Part shown: one piece after another, positions 10,275-22,650 of the stretch
How positions within the stretch are numbered: position 1 is the first letter of the stretch
How the letters are laid out: the number at the start of each line of letters is the position of its first letter
Made by a program: the position numbers and the translations under genes
NCBI GenBank assembly: GCA_016235805.1
Contig: JACRIY010000105.1
Coordinates: forward strand, 4,727-68,726
Reading direction: 5' to 3'
From: Rhodocyclales bacterium
Lineage (GTDB): Bacteria; Pseudomonadota; Gammaproteobacteria; Burkholderiales; Rhodocyclaceae
Length of the DNA stretch: 64,000 nucleotides
Notes under the pieces: generated by a model
The model's input: only the letters and a program-made list of their open reading frames with translations
Told to the model about the DNA's origin: nothing
The model's database searches: none

Positions 10275-11458
10275 AGCTGACCATACTCGGCGCCACCGGT
10301 TCGATCGGTGTCAGCACGCTGGACGTGGTGGCACGCCATCCCGACCGCTACGACGTGCTGGCCCTGACCGGTCACCGCCAGGTAGACCTTCTCGCCGCGC
10401 AATGCAAACAGTTTCGCCCCGCGTACGCGGTGGTCGGCAGCGCGACAGACGCGCAGCGCCTGTCCGAGCTGTTGCGCGCCGACGGATTGCGCACCGAGGT
10501 GCTGCATGGCGCCGAGGCACTGGTCCAGGTCGCCGCGCTGCCCGAGGTCGATGCGGTGATGGCGGCCATCGTAGGCGCCGCCGGCTTGCCGCCGACGCTC
10601 GCCGCGGCGCGCGCTGGCAAGCGCGTCCTGCTGGCCAACAAGGAAGCGCTGGTGATGGCCGGCGCGGTCTTCATGGCCGACGCGCAGCGTGCCGGTGCGC
10701 TGCTGCTGCCCATCGACAGCGAACATAACGCTGTGTTCCAGTCCATGCCCCATGACTACGCCGGCAACATGGCGCGTTCCGGCGTGCGGCGCATCCTGCT
10801 CACGGCCTCGGGCGGTCCCTTCCGCACCGCGTCGCAGGAGGTCCTGGCGCAGGTCACTCCGGAACAGGCGGTGGCCCATCCCAACTGGGTCATGGGCCGG
10901 AAGATCTCGGTCGACTCGGCGAGCATGATGAACAAGGGCCTTGAAGTGATCGAAGCGCACTGGCTGTTCAATGCGCCGGCGGAAAAGATCGAGGTCGTGA
11001 TCCACCCGCAAAGCGTGATCCATTCCCTGGTCGACTACGAGGACGGTTCGGTACTCGCCCAACTCGGCAATCCGGACATGCGCACGCCGATCGCCAACGC
11101 GCTGGCCTGGCCCGAGCGCATCGATTCGGGGGTGAGCCCGCTCGACCTCTTTGCCGTCGGCCAGTTGAATTTCGAACGTCCGGACATGCGGCGCTTTCCC
11201 TGCCTCGAACTGGCCTACCGTGCCCTGAAGGCGGAAGGCAATGCGGCGGCGGTGCTCAACGCCGCCAATGAAGTGGCCGTGGCGGCCTTCCTCGAACGCC
11301 GCCTGTCCTTCCTCGGCATTGCCGGGTTGATCGCGGCGACGCTAGACGCCGTGCCGCAGGGGGCGTTGCCCGACCTCGATGCGGTGCTCGAGGCCGACCG
11401 CCAGGCGCGCGTCTCTGCGCAAGGCATCCTCGCCCGCATGCAGTCCGCATCGGCATGA
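10271..11458 (+). CDS. dxr: 1-deoxy-D-xylulose-5-phosphate reductoisomerase
   Basis: [26 protein letters not shown]; ATGA overlap with cdsA. Confidence 0.98.
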   Translation: MKLTILGATGSIGVSTLDVVARHPDRYDVLALTGHRQVDLLAAQCKQFRPAYAVVGSATDAQRLSELLRADGLRTEVLHGAEALVQVAALPEVDAVMAAIVGAAGLPPTLAAARAGKRVLLANKEALVMAGAVFMADAQRAGALLLPIDSEHNAVFQSMPHDYAGNMARSGVRRILLTASGGPFRTASQEVLAQVTPEQAVAHPNWVMGRKISVDSASMMNKGLEVIEAHWLFNAPAEKIEVVIHPQSVIHSLVDYEDGSVLAQLGNPDMRTPIANALAWPERIDSGVSPLDLFAVGQLNFERPDMRRFPCLELAYRALKAEGNAAAVLNAANEVAVAAFLERRLSFLGIAGLIAATLDAVPQGALPDLDAVLEADRQARVSAQGILARMQSASA

Positions 11459-12828
11459 GCCCGCAAGACCTGGCGTGGTACGTCGGTGCCTTCCTGCTGG
11501 CGCTGGCGGTGCTGGTGGTGGTGCACGAGATGGGGCATTACCTCGTGGCGCGCGCCTGCAATGTCAAGGTGCTGCGTTTTGCCTTCGGCTTCGGCAAGGT
11601 GGTCTGGATGCGCCGCGCCGGGCGCGACGGCACCGAATGGGCGGTCTCGGTGTTTCCGCTGGGCGGCTACGTCAAGATGCTCGACGAACGCGAGGCACCG
11701 GTCGCTGCGGATGAGTTGCACCGCGCCTTCAACCGGCAATCGGTGGGGCGGCGCAGCCTGATTGTCGCCGCAGGTCCGGCGGCGAACTTCCTGCTGGCGA
11801 TCGTGCTCTACTGGTTCCTGTTCATGAATGGAGTGACGGAACTCAAGCCGCGCCTGGGGCAACCACCGGCCGGTACGCCGGCGGCGATTGCCGGTATTGC
11901 CGAAGGCATGACGGTGCGGGCCGTGAACGGGCAGGCGATAGCCACCTGGCAGGAACTGCGCTGGGAATCGATGCGGCAGGCATTGGACAAGCAGGCGCTG
12001 CAACTGGAGACGATCAACGCGCAGCGGGAAATCGGCGTATTCCGCATCGCGATGGATCGCTTCGATCTCGATGAACTCGAACGCGATCCGCTTCACCTGC
12101 TCGGCCTGGTGCTGTACCGCCCGCGCCTGCCGCCCGTGGTGGGGCGTGTCCTGCCCGGATCGGCCGCTGCCGAGGCGGGCTTCCGCGCCGACGACCGTGT
12201 GCTGTCGATCGATGGCGCGGCCATCGCGCACTGGGGCGAACTGGCGACGACGGCCGGGGCTGCGGCGGGGCGCCAATTGAATTTCCTGATCGAACGGGAT
12301 GGCGGGCGAATCGAGTTGACGGCGACGCCGCGCCTGTCGGAGGAAGCTGGCCGCACGCTGGGACGGCTGGGACTGTCGGCAAAGGAGGGCAGCGGCGAAG
12401 CCTTCGAAATGACCACCGTGGTCAGCTATGGCCCGCTCGATTCCATGACGCGCTCCCTAGTGCAGACCTGGGATACGTCGATCCTCAGCCTGCGCATGAT
12501 GGGCCGAATGCTTACCGGCGAATTGTCATGGAAGAACCTTTCCGGGCCGGTGACCATCGCGGATTACGCGGGCCAGTCGGCGCGGCTCGGTCCCGGCTAC
12601 TACCTGCGCTTCCTGGCACTGATCAGCATCAGTCTGGGCGTGCTCAACCTGCTGCCCGTGCCTGTTCTGGACGGGGGGCATTTGATGTATTATCTCGTCG
12701 AATTTCTGAAGGGTGGCCCGGTCTCGGAACGGGCTCTGGAAATTGGCCAACAGATCGGTTTTGCCTTGCTGGCGCTGCTGATGGCTTTTGCCTTCTACAA
12801 CGATATAACCCGTCTTGTCTCCGGCTAA
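11455..12828 (+). CDS. rseP: RIP metalloprotease RseP
   Basis: HEMGH, two PDZ-like domains, [11 protein letters not shown]. Confidence 0.97.
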   Translation: MSPQDLAWYVGAFLLALAVLVVVHEMGHYLVARACNVKVLRFAFGFGKVVWMRRAGRDGTEWAVSVFPLGGYVKMLDEREAPVAADELHRAFNRQSVGRRSLIVAAGPAANFLLAIVLYWFLFMNGVTELKPRLGQPPAGTPAAIAGIAEGMTVRAVNGQAIATWQELRWESMRQALDKQALQLETINAQREIGVFRIAMDRFDLDELERDPLHLLGLVLYRPRLPPVVGRVLPGSAAAEAGFRADDRVLSIDGAAIAHWGELATTAGAAAGRQLNFLIERDGGRIELTATPRLSEEAGRTLGRLGLSAKEGSGEAFEMTTVVSYGPLDSMTRSLVQTWDTSILSLRMMGRMLTGELSWKNLSGPVTIADYAGQSARLGPGYYLRFLALISISLGVLNLLPVPVLDGGHLMYYLVEFLKGGPVSERALEIGQQIGFALLALLMAFAFYNDITRLVSG

Positions 12829-12843
12829 CCTTCTTCCAAGCCA

Positions 12844-15123
12844 ATGAACAAAAAACTGCTCGCCGGTCTGATTTCCGCATTGCTGGCGCACGCCGCCCAT
12901 GCCTTCGATCCATTCCAGATCAAGGACATTCGGGTCGAGGGAATCCAGCGTACCGAAGCTGGTACCGTGTTTTCCTACCTGCCGGTCAAGGTCGGCGACA
13001 CCATGAACGACGAGAAGGCGGCGGCGGCGATCAAGGCCCTGTTTGCCACCGGCTTCTTCAAGGACGTACGCCTCGAGATCGACGGCCAGGTGCTGGTGGT
13101 GGTGCTTGAAGAGCGTCCTGCCATCGCTTCGCTTGAATTCACCGGCCTCAAGGCCTTCAAGCCGGAGGACCTGAAGAAATCCCTGCGCGACGTCGGCCTC
13201 GCCGAATCGCGCATCTTCGACCGCGCCGTGGTCGAGCGCGCGGAACAGGAACTCAAGCGCCAGTATCTGGCGCAGGGCCACTATGCCGTACAGGTGACAA
13301 CCACCATCACGCCGCTGGAACGCAACCGGGTCGGGGTGAATTTCTCGGTGGTGGAAGGCGACATCGCCAAGATCAAGCAGATCAACATCATCGGCGCCGG
13401 CGCCGTGTCGGAAGCCGACCTGCTCGACCTGATGGTGCTGCGCACTTCGGGTTGGCTGACCTGGTACACCAAGAACGACCAGTATTCGAAGCAGAAGCTT
13501 TCCGGTGACCTGGAGACCTTGCGCTCGTATTACCTCGATCGCGGGTACCTGGAGTTCAACATCGATTCGACGCAGGTCTCGATCTCGCCGGACAAACAGG
13601 ACATCTACATCACCATCAACCTGACCGAAGGCGAGCGCTACACGGTCTCGTCGGTCAAGCTGGCGGGCCAGATGCTGTTGCCGGAGGAGGAACTGACCAA
13701 GCTGGTGCAGGTCACGCCGGGCGAGGTTTTCTCGCGCGAGAAGATGGCTGATACCACCAAGGCGATCAGCGAGCGACTTGGCAACGAAGGCTATGCCTTC
13801 GCCAACGTCAATGCCGCCCCGGAGCTGAACAAGGAAAAGCGCCAGGTGGCATTCACGGTGTTCATCGATCCGGGTCGCCGGGTCTATGTCCGCCGCATCA
13901 ACGTGTCGGGCAACACGCGTTCGCGCGACGAAGTGATCCGCCGCGAAATGCGCCAGGTCGAAGGCGCCTGGTATGACGGCGAGAAGATCAACAAGTCGCG
14001 CACCCGCGTCGATCGCCTCGGCTACTTCGACGAAGTCACGGTCGAGACGCCGGCCGTTGCCGGCGCCACCGACCAGGTCGACATGGAGGTCAAGGTCAAG
14101 GAGAAACCGACCGGCAACATCATGCTCGGCGCGGGCTTTTCCAGTGCGGAGAAATTCACCCTGTCGGGCTCGGTGCAACAGCAGAACCTGTTCGGCAGCG
14201 GCAAGCACATCGGCGTCCAGGTCAGCACCAGCAAGTCGAACAAGGTCTACTCGCTGTCGCATACCGATCCGTATTTCACGGTCGACGGCGTCAGCCAGGG
14301 CTTCGACATCTATACGCGCAAGACAGATACCAGCACCTTGGCGGTCGGCAGCTTTGGCTCCGATTCAACTGGTGGCGGAGTACGCTGGGGCCTGCCGATC
14401 GCAGAGGACGACTACCTCAACGTCGGCCTGTCAATCGATCGCACCACGCTCAAGACCGATGTCAACAGCCCGGTGCGCTACCAGAACTATGTGACCACGT
14501 TTGGCGCCAAGAGCAATACGCTGCTGACCACGCTGGGCTGGCAGAAGGATGGCCGCGACAGCCTGCTGGTGACCACCAAAGGCACGCTGCGCAAGGCCGT
14601 GCTCGAAGTTTCGCTGCCGGGCAGCACGGCTACCTACGTCCGGGCAAGCTACCAGCACCAGCACTTCTTTCCGCTCGACCGCAGGCTGACGCTGGCGATG
14701 AACGGCGAAGTCGGCGTGGCCCGGGCATACGGCAACAAGGACCTGCCGTTCTTCAAGAACTTCTATGCCGGCGGTATCGGTTCGGTTCGCGGCTTCGATT
14801 CCGGTTCCCTGGGGCCGCGCGATACGGCCCTCAACGAAGCGATCGGCGGCGACAAGCGCCTGATCGGCAACGCCGAACTGCTGTTCCCGGTTCCCGGCAT
14901 GGGGCGCGACAACTCGATGCGCCTGTCGGTGTTCATGGATGCCGGCAACGTCTGGGGCTATGACACCAAGTTCAGCCTGGGCAGCCTGAGGTACAGCGGC
15001 GGCGTCGCATTGGCCTGGAATTCGCCGATGGGTCCGCTCAAGTTCTCCTATGCCAATCCGTTCAACAAGAAGCCAGAAGACAAGGTGCAACGTTTGCAGT
15101 TCCAGATGGGTTCGGTCTTCTGA
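12844..15123 (+). CDS. bamA: Outer membrane protein assembly factor BamA
   Basis: POTRA repeats, VRGF motif, C-terminal Phe. Confidence 0.98.
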   Translation: MNKKLLAGLISALLAHAAHAFDPFQIKDIRVEGIQRTEAGTVFSYLPVKVGDTMNDEKAAAAIKALFATGFFKDVRLEIDGQVLVVVLEERPAIASLEFTGLKAFKPEDLKKSLRDVGLAESRIFDRAVVERAEQELKRQYLAQGHYAVQVTTTITPLERNRVGVNFSVVEGDIAKIKQINIIGAGAVSEADLLDLMVLRTSGWLTWYTKNDQYSKQKLSGDLETLRSYYLDRGYLEFNIDSTQVSISPDKQDIYITINLTEGERYTVSSVKLAGQMLLPEEELTKLVQVTPGEVFSREKMADTTKAISERLGNEGYAFANVNAAPELNKEKRQVAFTVFIDPGRRVYVRRINVSGNTRSRDEVIRREMRQVEGAWYDGEKINKSRTRVDRLGYFDEVTVETPAVAGATDQVDMEVKVKEKPTGNIMLGAGFSSAEKFTLSGSVQQQNLFGSGKHIGVQVSTSKSNKVYSLSHTDPYFTVDGVSQGFDIYTRKTDTSTLAVGSFGSDSTGGGVRWGLPIAEDDYLNVGLSIDRTTLKTDVNSPVRYQNYVTTFGAKSNTLLTTLGWQKDGRDSLLVTTKGTLRKAVLEVSLPGSTATYVRASYQHQHFFPLDRRLTLAMNGEVGVARAYGNKDLPFFKNFYAGGIGSVRGFDSGSLGPRDTALNEAIGGDKRLIGNAELLFPVPGMGRDNSMRLSVFMDAGNVWGYDTKFSLGSLRYSGGVALAWNSPMGPLKFSYANPFNKKPEDKVQRLQFQMGSVF

Positions 15124-15147
15124 TCCCCTCCTTATAGTGAGAAAGTC

Positions 15148-15648
15148 ATGCTGAAGAAATACATCATCGCCGGCGTCGCCGTCCTTTCGCTCTCCACCGG
15201 TGCCTTGGCGGAAGGAAAGATCGGCTTCGTCAATAGCCAGAAGATACTCAACGATGCGCCCCAGGCCGCTCGCGCGAAAAAGAAGATCGAGAAGGATTTC
15301 GAAAAACGCGACCAGGACCTGCAGCGCATCGCCAAGCAATTGCAGGGGATGCAGGAGAACCTGGACAAGAACGCGGTGACCATGGCCGAAAGCGAGCGGC
15401 GTACCAAGGAGCGCGAGTTCGGTGACCTCAACCGCGATTTCCAGCGTAAGCAGAGGGAATTCCGCGAGGACTTGAGCCAGCGCCAGAACGAGGAAATGGC
15501 AGCCATCTTCGAGCGTGTGAACAAGATCATCAAGCAGATCGCCGAGACCGAGAAGTACGACATCATCTTCCAGGAAGCGGTCTACGCCAACCCGCGCATC
15601 GATATCACCGACAGGGTGATCAAGGCCCTGGGCGACGGCGGAAAATGA
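15148..15648 (+). CDS. skp: Periplasmic chaperone Skp/OmpH
   Basis: Signal peptide, KIGFVN, coiled coil, DITD.V; synteny. Confidence 0.95.
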   Translation: MLKKYIIAGVAVLSLSTGALAEGKIGFVNSQKILNDAPQAARAKKKIEKDFEKRDQDLQRIAKQLQGMQENLDKNAVTMAESERRTKEREFGDLNRDFQRKQREFREDLSQRQNEEMAAIFERVNKIIKQIAETEKYDIIFQEAVYANPRIDITDRVIKALGDGGK

Positions 15649-15674
15649 AAATCCAAAGGCGGCAAGAACGCCCG

Positions 15675-15730
15675 CCCCCTCCCATCCTCCCCCGCGTGGG
15701 GGAGGCTACCAATTAGCTCGCTTCGCTCGA
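15675..15730. repeat. C-rich hairpin REP-like element, copy 1 (partial)
   Basis: CCTCCCCC-GCGT-GGGGGAGG hairpin followed by GCTCGCTTCGCTCG. Confidence 0.5.
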
Positions 15731-15790
15731 TGGTGACGGGGTGCTTCGTCCGTCGCGTTAAGCGTATTTCACTCGAATAGGATATCGGCG

Positions 15791-16816
15791 GTGGAACTGC
15801 GGCTCGACGAGATCGTCGCGCGGTTTGGCGGTGAAATAGTCGGCGCTGGCGACACGGCGGTTTCCCGCATCGATACCTTGCAGCACGCGGGCCCCGGCGA
15901 CCTGGCCTTTCTCGCCAATCCGAAATACCGCCACCAATTGGCCACCACCCGCGCCGCCGCCGTGATCATGGCGCCGCCGGCCGTGCCCGGCCCGGCGGCC
16001 GCGATCCTTACCCCGCAGCCTTACCTCTATTACGCCCGCGTAGCGCAGTGGCTCAATCCGATGCCGATACCGGCACCGGGAATTCATCCCAGCGCGGTGG
16101 TAGACGGCGAGGTTGCCGCTACGGCATCAGTGGGCGCCCATGCCTGGGTCGGGCGCGGTGCCCGTATCGGTAACGACGTGGTGATCGGGGCCAACTGCAG
16201 CATTGGCGAGGACGTCGAGATCGGCGACGGCACCCGGCTTGCGGCCAACGTCTCGATATATGCCCGTTGCCGTATCGGCGCCCGCTGCCTGATTCATTCC
16301 GGCGCGGTGGTCGGCGCCGACGGTTTCGGCTTCGCGCGTGACGGCGAAGGCGCCTGGGTCAAGGTGCCGCAGGTGGGCCGCGTCGTCATCGGCGACGACG
16401 TCGAAATCGGCGCCGGAACCACGATCGACCGCGGCGCGCTGGGCGATACGGTGATCGGCGATGGCGTCAAGCTCGACAACCAGATACAGGTAGGACACAA
16501 CGTGCGCATCGGCGCCCATACGGCGATGGCGGGTTGCGTCGGCATTGCCGGCAGCGCCGAGATCGGCGCGCGCTGCACGGTCGGCGGCGCCGCGGTGATC
16601 CTCGGCCATCTGCGCATCGCCGACGACGTCAATGTATCGGCCGGGACCCTTGTGGCGAAGTCGATCGCCCATGCCGGCACCTACAGCGGCACGGTGCCCT
16701 TTCTGGAACACGGCGACTGGCTGAGAAATTTTTCGCGCTTGCGCCACCTCGATGCGATGGCCGATAAAATCCGGGCCCTGGAACAGCGGCTTGCCGCACT
16801 GGAGAAGAAATCATGA
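15791..16816 (+). CDS. lpxD: UDP-3-O-acyl-glucosamine N-acyltransferase
   Basis: Hexapeptide repeats, [19 protein letters not shown]. Confidence 0.97.
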   Translation: MELRLDEIVARFGGEIVGAGDTAVSRIDTLQHAGPGDLAFLANPKYRHQLATTRAAAVIMAPPAVPGPAAAILTPQPYLYYARVAQWLNPMPIPAPGIHPSAVVDGEVAATASVGAHAWVGRGARIGNDVVIGANCSIGEDVEIGDGTRLAANVSIYARCRIGARCLIHSGAVVGADGFGFARDGEGAWVKVPQVGRVVIGDDVEIGAGTTIDRGALGDTVIGDGVKLDNQIQVGHNVRIGAHTAMAGCVGIAGSAEIGARCTVGGAAVILGHLRIADDVNVSAGTLVAKSIAHAGTYSGTVPFLEHGDWLRNFSRLRHLDAMADKIRALEQRLAALEKKS

Positions 16817-17286
16817 GCGAAGCCACGGCGGACGCGGGAGATACCCGCATGGACATCCACCAGATCCTCGACTACCTGCCGCATCGCTATCCGATTCTGC
16901 TGGTCGATCGCGTGCTCGACGTGGTCCCCGGCGAGCGAATCCGCGCGCTGAAGAACGTCAGCGTCAATGAACCCTACTTTCCCGGCCACTATCCGCACCA
17001 CCCGGTGATGCCGGGCGTGCTGATCGTCGAGGCGATGGCGCAGACGGCGGCCATCCTCGCCTTCAAGACCATGGGCAGCAAACCCGACGACAAGTCGGTG
17101 TATTACTTCGTCGGCATAGACAACGCGCGCTTCAAGAAGCCGGTCGGGCCGGGTGACCAGCTGGTGATCGACGTCGTACTTTCCGCCAGCAAGCGCGGCA
17201 TCTGGAAGTTTTCGGCGAAGGCGAGCGTCGATGGGCAGGTGGCTTCCGAGGCCGACCTGATCTGCGCCGTGCGTCCGACACCCTGA
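16813..17286 (+). CDS. fabZ: 3-hydroxyacyl-ACP dehydratase
   Basis: LPHRYP.LLVDRV, FPGHYP..PVMPGVL..EAMAQ. Confidence 0.97.
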   Translation: MSEATADAGDTRMDIHQILDYLPHRYPILLVDRVLDVVPGERIRALKNVSVNEPYFPGHYPHHPVMPGVLIVEAMAQTAAILAFKTMGSKPDDKSVYYFVGIDNARFKKPVGPGDQLVIDVVLSASKRGIWKFSAKASVDGQVASEADLICAVRPTP

Positions 17287-18059
17287 TGAGCATTCATCCC
17301 ACCGCCATCGTCCATCCTTCGGCGAAGCTCGGCCGGGGAGTCGTGGTCGGCCCGTATTCGCTGGTCGGCGAGCACGTCGAGATCGGCGACCATAGCGTGA
17401 TCGGTCCCCACGTGGTCGTCACCGGCCACACCACGATCGGCAGTGACAACCGCATCTTTCAGTTCTGTTCGATCGGCGAGCAGCCGCAAGACAAGAAATA
17501 TGCCGGCGAGCCGACGCGGCTCGAGATCGGCGACCGCAACACCATCCGCGAGTTCTGCACCTTCAATTGCGGAACGGCGCAGGACGCCGGCGTTACGCGG
17601 CTGGGCAACGACAACTGGATCATGGCCTACGTCCACCTGGCGCACGATTGCCAGGTTGGCGACAACACGATTTTCGCCAACAACGCGCAACTTGCCGGCC
17701 ATGTCCAGGTCGGCGACTGGGCAATCCTCGGCGGGTTTACGGTGGTGCACCAGTTCGTCCGCATCGGCGCGCACAGCATCACCGCGATGGGGACGATCCT
17801 GCTGCAGGACCTGCCGCCCTTCGTCATGGCCGCCGGCAATCCCGCCGAGCCGCGCAGCATCAACGCCGAGGGTTTGAAGCGGCGCGGCTTTTCCGCCGCC
17901 GCGATCACCGCCATCAAGCGCGCCTACAAGACCATTTACAAGGCAGGCATGAAGCTCGACGAAGCGCGTGCCGCGCTGGAGGCCGAGTCACTGACAGTGC
18001 CCGAGCTGTCGGTACTCGCGGGCTTCCTGGTCGCATCCGGGCGCGGGATCGTCCGCTGA
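17286..18059 (+). CDS. lpxA: UDP-N-acetylglucosamine acyltransferase
   Basis: [23 protein letters not shown]. Confidence 0.98.
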   Translation: MSIHPTAIVHPSAKLGRGVVVGPYSLVGEHVEIGDHSVIGPHVVVTGHTTIGSDNRIFQFCSIGEQPQDKKYAGEPTRLEIGDRNTIREFCTFNCGTAQDAGVTRLGNDNWIMAYVHLAHDCQVGDNTIFANNAQLAGHVQVGDWAILGGFTVVHQFVRIGAHSITAMGTILLQDLPPFVMAAGNPAEPRSINAEGLKRRGFSAAAITAIKRAYKTIYKAGMKLDEARAALEAESLTVPELSVLAGFLVASGRGIVR

Positions 18060-19201
18060 TGGCGCGCATCGCCATGGTGGCCGGCGAGGCTTCCAGCGAC
18101 CAGCTTGCCGCGCACCTGATCACGGCCCTCAAGCAGCACCTGCCCGACGCCGAGTTCTACGGCATCGGCGGGCCAAAGATGCAGCGCGAGGGGTTCGAAT
18201 CCTTCTGGCCGGCCGAGATGCTGGCGGTGCGGGGTTATGCCGAGGTGTTGCGCCACTATCGCGCCATTACCCGCATGCGGCGCCAGCTGCTGCGGCGCTT
18301 GCTGCAGGACAAGCCGGATGCCTTCATCGGCGTCGATGGCTCGGATTTCAACCTGTGGCTGGAACGGCGGCTTAAGCGGCATGGAATTCCCACGATCCAT
18401 TTCGTCAGCCCTTCGATCTGGGCCTGGCGCCGCAATCGCATGGCGAAGATCGTCCAGTCGGTGAGCCACATCCTCGCGCTGTTTCCCTTCGAGCCCGAGC
18501 TATACCGTGACACGCCGGTGAAATGCAGCTACGTCGGCCACCCGCTGGCCGACGTGATTCCCCTGGACATCGACCAGCGTGCGGTGCGCGAACGGCTTGG
18601 CATCGCGGCGGGACGTCCGGTGATCGCGCTGTTGCCGGGCAGTCGCCAATCCGAACTGCACTACATGGCGGAAACTTTCATCGAAACCGCAAAGCTGCTG
18701 CTCGAACGGCAGCCGCAACTGCAGTTCCTCGTGCCGCTGGTTTCGCGTGAGACTCGACTGCAATTCGAAACAGCCTTGTGGAAATTGAAGGCCGATGAAT
18801 TGCCCTTCACTCTGATGTTCGGCCATGCCGCGGACGCCATCGCCGCCAGCGACGCGGCGCTGGTCGCGAGCGGTACCGCCACGCTGGAGACGGCGTTGGT
18901 GGGGCGACCGATGGTGATCGCCTACAAGATGTCGCCGTGGTCGTGGCGGCTGATGCGCGGCATGCGTTACCTGCCCTGGGTCGGCCTGCCCAACATACTC
19001 GCGGGCCGGTATGTCGTGCCGGAATTCCTGCAGGAGGATGCGACTCCGGAGAACCTGGCCCAGGCACTGGGCAACCTGCTGGTCGATCGCCAGGTCGGCG
19101 CCGCGGTCTCCCGTGTCTTCGATGGCATCCATCGCCTGCTGCGCCAGGACACCGCGCAGAAGGCCGCTGCCGCGGTGCTGCCCTACCTGCAGCGGGCATG
19201 A
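18059..19201 (+). CDS. lpxB: Lipid-A-disaccharide synthase
   Basis: [28 protein letters not shown]. Confidence 0.96.
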   Translation: MARIAMVAGEASSDQLAAHLITALKQHLPDAEFYGIGGPKMQREGFESFWPAEMLAVRGYAEVLRHYRAITRMRRQLLRRLLQDKPDAFIGVDGSDFNLWLERRLKRHGIPTIHFVSPSIWAWRRNRMAKIVQSVSHILALFPFEPELYRDTPVKCSYVGHPLADVIPLDIDQRAVRERLGIAAGRPVIALLPGSRQSELHYMAETFIETAKLLLERQPQLQFLVPLVSRETRLQFETALWKLKADELPFTLMFGHAADAIAASDAALVASGTATLETALVGRPMVIAYKMSPWSWRLMRGMRYLPWVGLPNILAGRYVVPEFLQEDATPENLAQALGNLLVDRQVGAAVSRVFDGIHRLLRQDTAQKAAAAVLPYLQRA

Positions 19202-19773
19202 TCCATTTGATCTGCGGCGTGGACGAGGCCGGGCGCGGTCCGCTCGCGGGACCGGTCTTCGCCGCGGCGGTGATCCTCGATCCGGCACGGCCGATTCACG
19301 GTCTGGCGGACTCTAAGAAGCTGTCGGAGCGCAAGCGGGAACGATTGGCCGTCGAAATCCGCGACAAGGCACTGGCCTTCGGCGTCGCCTGGGCATCGGT
19401 CGACGAGATCGACAGCATCAATATCCTGCAGGCCACCATGCTTGCGATGCGGCGTGCGGTCGAGGCCCTCGGCGTGTTGCCGACGGAAGTCCTGATCGAC
19501 GGCAATCGCTGTCCCCAGCTGACGATCCCGGCGCGCGCCATCATCGGCGGCGACGCCACCGAGCCGGCAATTTCGGCGGCGTCGATCCTGGCCAAGACGG
19601 CGCGCGACGCGGAAATGCTGCGTATCCACGCGGCATTCCCGGAGTACGGGCTCGATCGCCACAAGGGCTACGACACGGCAATCCATCGCGCGGCGCTGAA
19701 CCTCCATGGCCCGGCACCCTTCCATCGTCGCAGCTTCGCCCCGGTCAGGGTCCTGCTGCAGGACGCGGAATGA
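19198..19773 (+). CDS. rnhB: Ribonuclease HII
   Basis: [30 protein letters not shown]. Confidence 0.97.
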   Translation: MIHLICGVDEAGRGPLAGPVFAAAVILDPARPIHGLADSKKLSERKRERLAVEIRDKALAFGVAWASVDEIDSINILQATMLAMRRAVEALGVLPTEVLIDGNRCPQLTIPARAIIGGDATEPAISAASILAKTARDAEMLRIHAAFPEYGLDRHKGYDTAIHRAALNLHGPAPFHRRSFAPVRVLLQDAE

Positions 19774-20561
19774 GCGAACCGAAGCGCATCGCGTCGCGCG
19801 ACAATGCGACGTTCAAGATGCTGCGCGCCATGGCCGCAGAACCGCGGCGGCACGGACGTACGCTGGTCGACGGCATCCACCTGGTGACGACCTGCCTTGC
19901 GCGCGGCGTGCGCGTCGCGCAGTTGCTGGCCAGCGAAAGCGGGTTGCGGCATCCGGAGATCGCCGCCGTGCTGCGGGATGCATCCGGCATCGAGTGCCTA
20001 GTCCTGCGCGACGGCCTGTTCCGCGAAATCTCCGGTGTTCTCACGCCGACCGGGGTCGCCGCCGTGATCGAAATCCCTGCGGCACCGGAAGGCGAAATCG
20101 CGGGCGACGCGCTGCTGCTCGATGCCGTGCAGGACGCGGGCAACGTCGGCGCCATACTGCGCACCGCGGCAGCAGCGGGCGTGCGCAACGTGCTGCTGGG
20201 CCCGGGTTGCGCCGGGGCGTGGACGCCGCGCGTGCTGCGCGCAGGGCAGGGCGCGCACTTCGCGCTGGCAATCCGCGAGCAGGCCGACCTCGCCGGCACG
20301 CTGGCGGCCGGGCGGGCAAGCGCGGTTGCCACGGTGGCGCATGGTGGAACGAATCTGTATGAGGTCGACCTTGGCGGCCCCATCTACTGGCTGGTCGGCA
20401 ACGAAGGTGCGGGATTGTCGGCGTCGCTGGCGGCAGCGGCGAACCTGCGTGTCACGATTCCGCTGGCCGACGGTGCCGAGTCGCTCAATGTCGCGGCAGC
20501 GACGGCGATCTGCCTGTTCGAGGCGCGGCGCCAGCGCGCAGGGCGGACCTCGACACGGTAG
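19770..20561 (+). CDS. TrmH/SpoU family RNA methyltransferase
   Basis: [27 protein letters not shown]. Confidence 0.92.
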   Translation: MSEPKRIASRDNATFKMLRAMAAEPRRHGRTLVDGIHLVTTCLARGVRVAQLLASESGLRHPEIAAVLRDASGIECLVLRDGLFREISGVLTPTGVAAVIEIPAAPEGEIAGDALLLDAVQDAGNVGAILRTAAAAGVRNVLLGPGCAGAWTPRVLRAGQGAHFALAIREQADLAGTLAAGRASAVATVAHGGTNLYEVDLGGPIYWLVGNEGAGLSASLAAAANLRVTIPLADGAESLNVAAATAICLFEARRQRAGRTSTR

Positions 20562-20605
20562 CGTCAGGTCCGGGCGTTCCGGGCGAAGGCTGTTTTCCCC
20601 GCCGG

Positions 20606-20637
20606 AAAACAATCAGGCCCGCTCGCGGCGGGCCTGA
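20606..20637 (-). terminator. Rho-independent terminator of the HU gene
   Basis: TCAGGCCCGC/GCGGGCCTGA stem followed by TTGTTTT on the minus strand. Confidence 0.7.
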
Positions 20638-20660
20638 CCGGGAAACAAAAGCGTCGCTGA

Positions 20661-20957
20661 TTACTTCTTCTTGGCGGCTTTCTTGCCAGCCACTGCGGCC
20701 TTGAAGCCGGCGCCGGCGGTAAAGCGCGGCACGGTGGTGGCGGCGATCTTGAGTTCCTTGCCGGTCTGCGGGTTGCGGCCGACGCGAGCGGCGCGCTTGG
20801 ACGACTTGAAGCTGCCGAAGCCAACCAGGGTAACGGTGTCGCCCTTGGATACGGCCTTGACGATGGCGCCCATCGCCGCGGAGAGAGCCTTCTCTGCCGC
20901 AGCCTTGCTGATATCGGCTTCTTTGGCGGTGATTTCGATCAGTTCGGATTTGTTCAT
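20661..20957 (-). CDS. HU family DNA-binding protein
   Basis: MNKSELI, GFGSF, R.GRNPQTG, Lys-rich tail. Confidence 0.95.
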   Translation of the reverse strand: MNKSELIEITAKEADISKAAAEKALSAAMGAIVKAVSKGDTVTLVGFGSFKSSKRAARVGRNPQTGKELKIAATTVPRFTAGAGFKAAVAGKKAAKKK

Positions 20958-21312
20958 GTGGGACCTCGTAGAAGTGGGTGGTGGTAGTGGCGGTTAAATT
21001 CCCGCTAGCGAGCAGCGGGTTGAATTCTAGGCGAATGCTAACTCAATGTGATCAACAATTCTTTACCTGGATCAAGCTTTTTTGAAATTGTAGCAATATC
21101 TCGACAGGCTTGCCCCGCGTGCCGCGACGCGTGAAACCGGGCATCCGGCGCCGAAATTATGCCGGCAAATATGTGCCGACGGAGCAAAGTGAGGTCGGTC
21201 ATTGGCGATAAAATCGCGGCTGGCGTTGTGGCTGCCGGGCGAACGGGCCACGATGGGTTCGCAACGTTGCCATCCGATCGCCGGAAGTTTCCACGGGAAG
21301 GAATCGACGCGA

Positions 21313-21765
21313 ATGGATCTTGTCTGGTGGCACTGGGTGGTTATCGGTCTCGGGCTGGGCCTTCTGGAGCTTTTCGTCGCCTCCTTCTTCGTCATATGGT
21401 TCGGCCTTGGCGCGCTGCTGGTCGGGGTGGTCATGCTGGTCATCCCGGCCATGGCATTCAGTGCGCAGATCCTTTTGTGGACGGCGGCTTCGGTGGCCAT
21501 GACCGTGCTCTGGTTCAAGGTTTTGCGCAAGGATGCGGGCAAGACGCGCTCCGGTCAGGCCGACGAGGCGCTGGGCGAAGTCGGTGTCCTGGTCAGGGCC
21601 GTGGAACCTCTGGGTATCGAATCGGCCCGTGGCGAGGTGCGTTTCCAGAAGCCGGTGATGGGCTCGGATGTATGGCCTTGCCTGGCCGACGAGGCGATCG
21701 CCGCAGGCGAGCGGGTCAGGGTGCTGGCCGTTGACGGCCAGATTCTTAAAGTAGGCAAATACTGA
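21313..21765 (+). CDS. NfeD-like (YbbJ) membrane protein
   Basis: WWHWVVIG..LELF, transmembrane segments then an OB-like C-terminus; upstream of an SPFH gene. Confidence 0.85.
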   Translation: MDLVWWHWVVIGLGLGLLELFVASFFVIWFGLGALLVGVVMLVIPAMAFSAQILLWTAASVAMTVLWFKVLRKDAGKTRSGQADEALGEVGVLVRAVEPLGIESARGEVRFQKPVMGSDVWPCLADEAIAAGERVRVLAVDGQILKVGKY

Positions 21766-21776
21766 AGGGGTGGGTC

Positions 21777-22637
21777 ATGGGTGAACTCGGCATTGTAGTA
21801 GTCGTACTATTTGTCTTTGTCGCGGTCACCATCGCCAAGGGCGTGCGCATCGTGCCCCAGGGCGAGGAATGGATCGTCGAGCGCCTGGGAAAATTCCACG
21901 CCACGCTGCGCCCGGGTCTCAACATCATCATTCCCTACCTGGACCAGGTGCGCTACAAACTGACGACCAAGGACATCATCCTCGACGTCCAGGAGCAGGA
22001 GGTCATCACCAAGGACAACGCGGTGATCCTGACCAACGCCATTGCCTTCATCAAGGTCACCGATCCGATCAAGGCGGTGTATGGCGTCACTGATTTTTCC
22101 GAGGCGATCCGCAACATGATCATGACCACGTTGCGCTCGATCATCGGCGACATGACGCTCGACGAGGCCTTGTCGAATCGCGACAAGATCAAGGCGCGCC
22201 TGCGCGAGGGCGTCGCCGACGAGGCGATCGACTGGGGCCTGACGGTGAAGTCGGTCGAGATCCAGGACATCAATCCCTCGGAATCGATGCAGAAGGCGAT
22301 GGAGGCGCAGGCGTCCGCCGAGCGCGAGCGCAAGGCCATGGTGACCAAGGCCGAAGGCAACAAGCAGGCCACCATCCTCAATGCCGAGGCGCAACTGCAG
22401 GCGGCGCGCCTGCAGGCCGAGGCCCAGGTCACGCTGGCCGATGCCTCGGCCGAAGCGATCAAGCGCGTGGCGGCGGCCATCGGCACGGAGGATGCGCCGA
22501 TGCGCTACATGCTGGGGGAGAAATACATCCATGCGATCGGCAACCTGGCCAAGTCCGACAACGCCAAGACGGTGCTGATTCCGGCCGACATCCAGGACAC
22601 CCTGCGCGGCATCCTCGGCAGCCGCAAGCAGGCCTGA
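21777..22637 (+). CDS. SPFH/band 7 (QmcA-like) protein
   Basis: IVPQGEEWIVERLGKF, VITKDNA, AERE.KA. Confidence 0.92.
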   Translation: MGELGIVVVVLFVFVAVTIAKGVRIVPQGEEWIVERLGKFHATLRPGLNIIIPYLDQVRYKLTTKDIILDVQEQEVITKDNAVILTNAIAFIKVTDPIKAVYGVTDFSEAIRNMIMTTLRSIIGDMTLDEALSNRDKIKARLREGVADEAIDWGLTVKSVEIQDINPSESMQKAMEAQASAERERKAMVTKAEGNKQATILNAEAQLQAARLQAEAQVTLADASAEAIKRVAAAIGTEDAPMRYMLGEKYIHAIGNLAKSDNAKTVLIPADIQDTLRGILGSRKQA

Positions 22638-22650
22638 CCGCGTCCAAGCC

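Noticed and set aside
18059-18360. LpxB motif variants ([14 protein letters not shown]) as a sign of inactivation
   Set aside because: The rest of the gene is intact and in its canonical operon, so this is likely natural divergence
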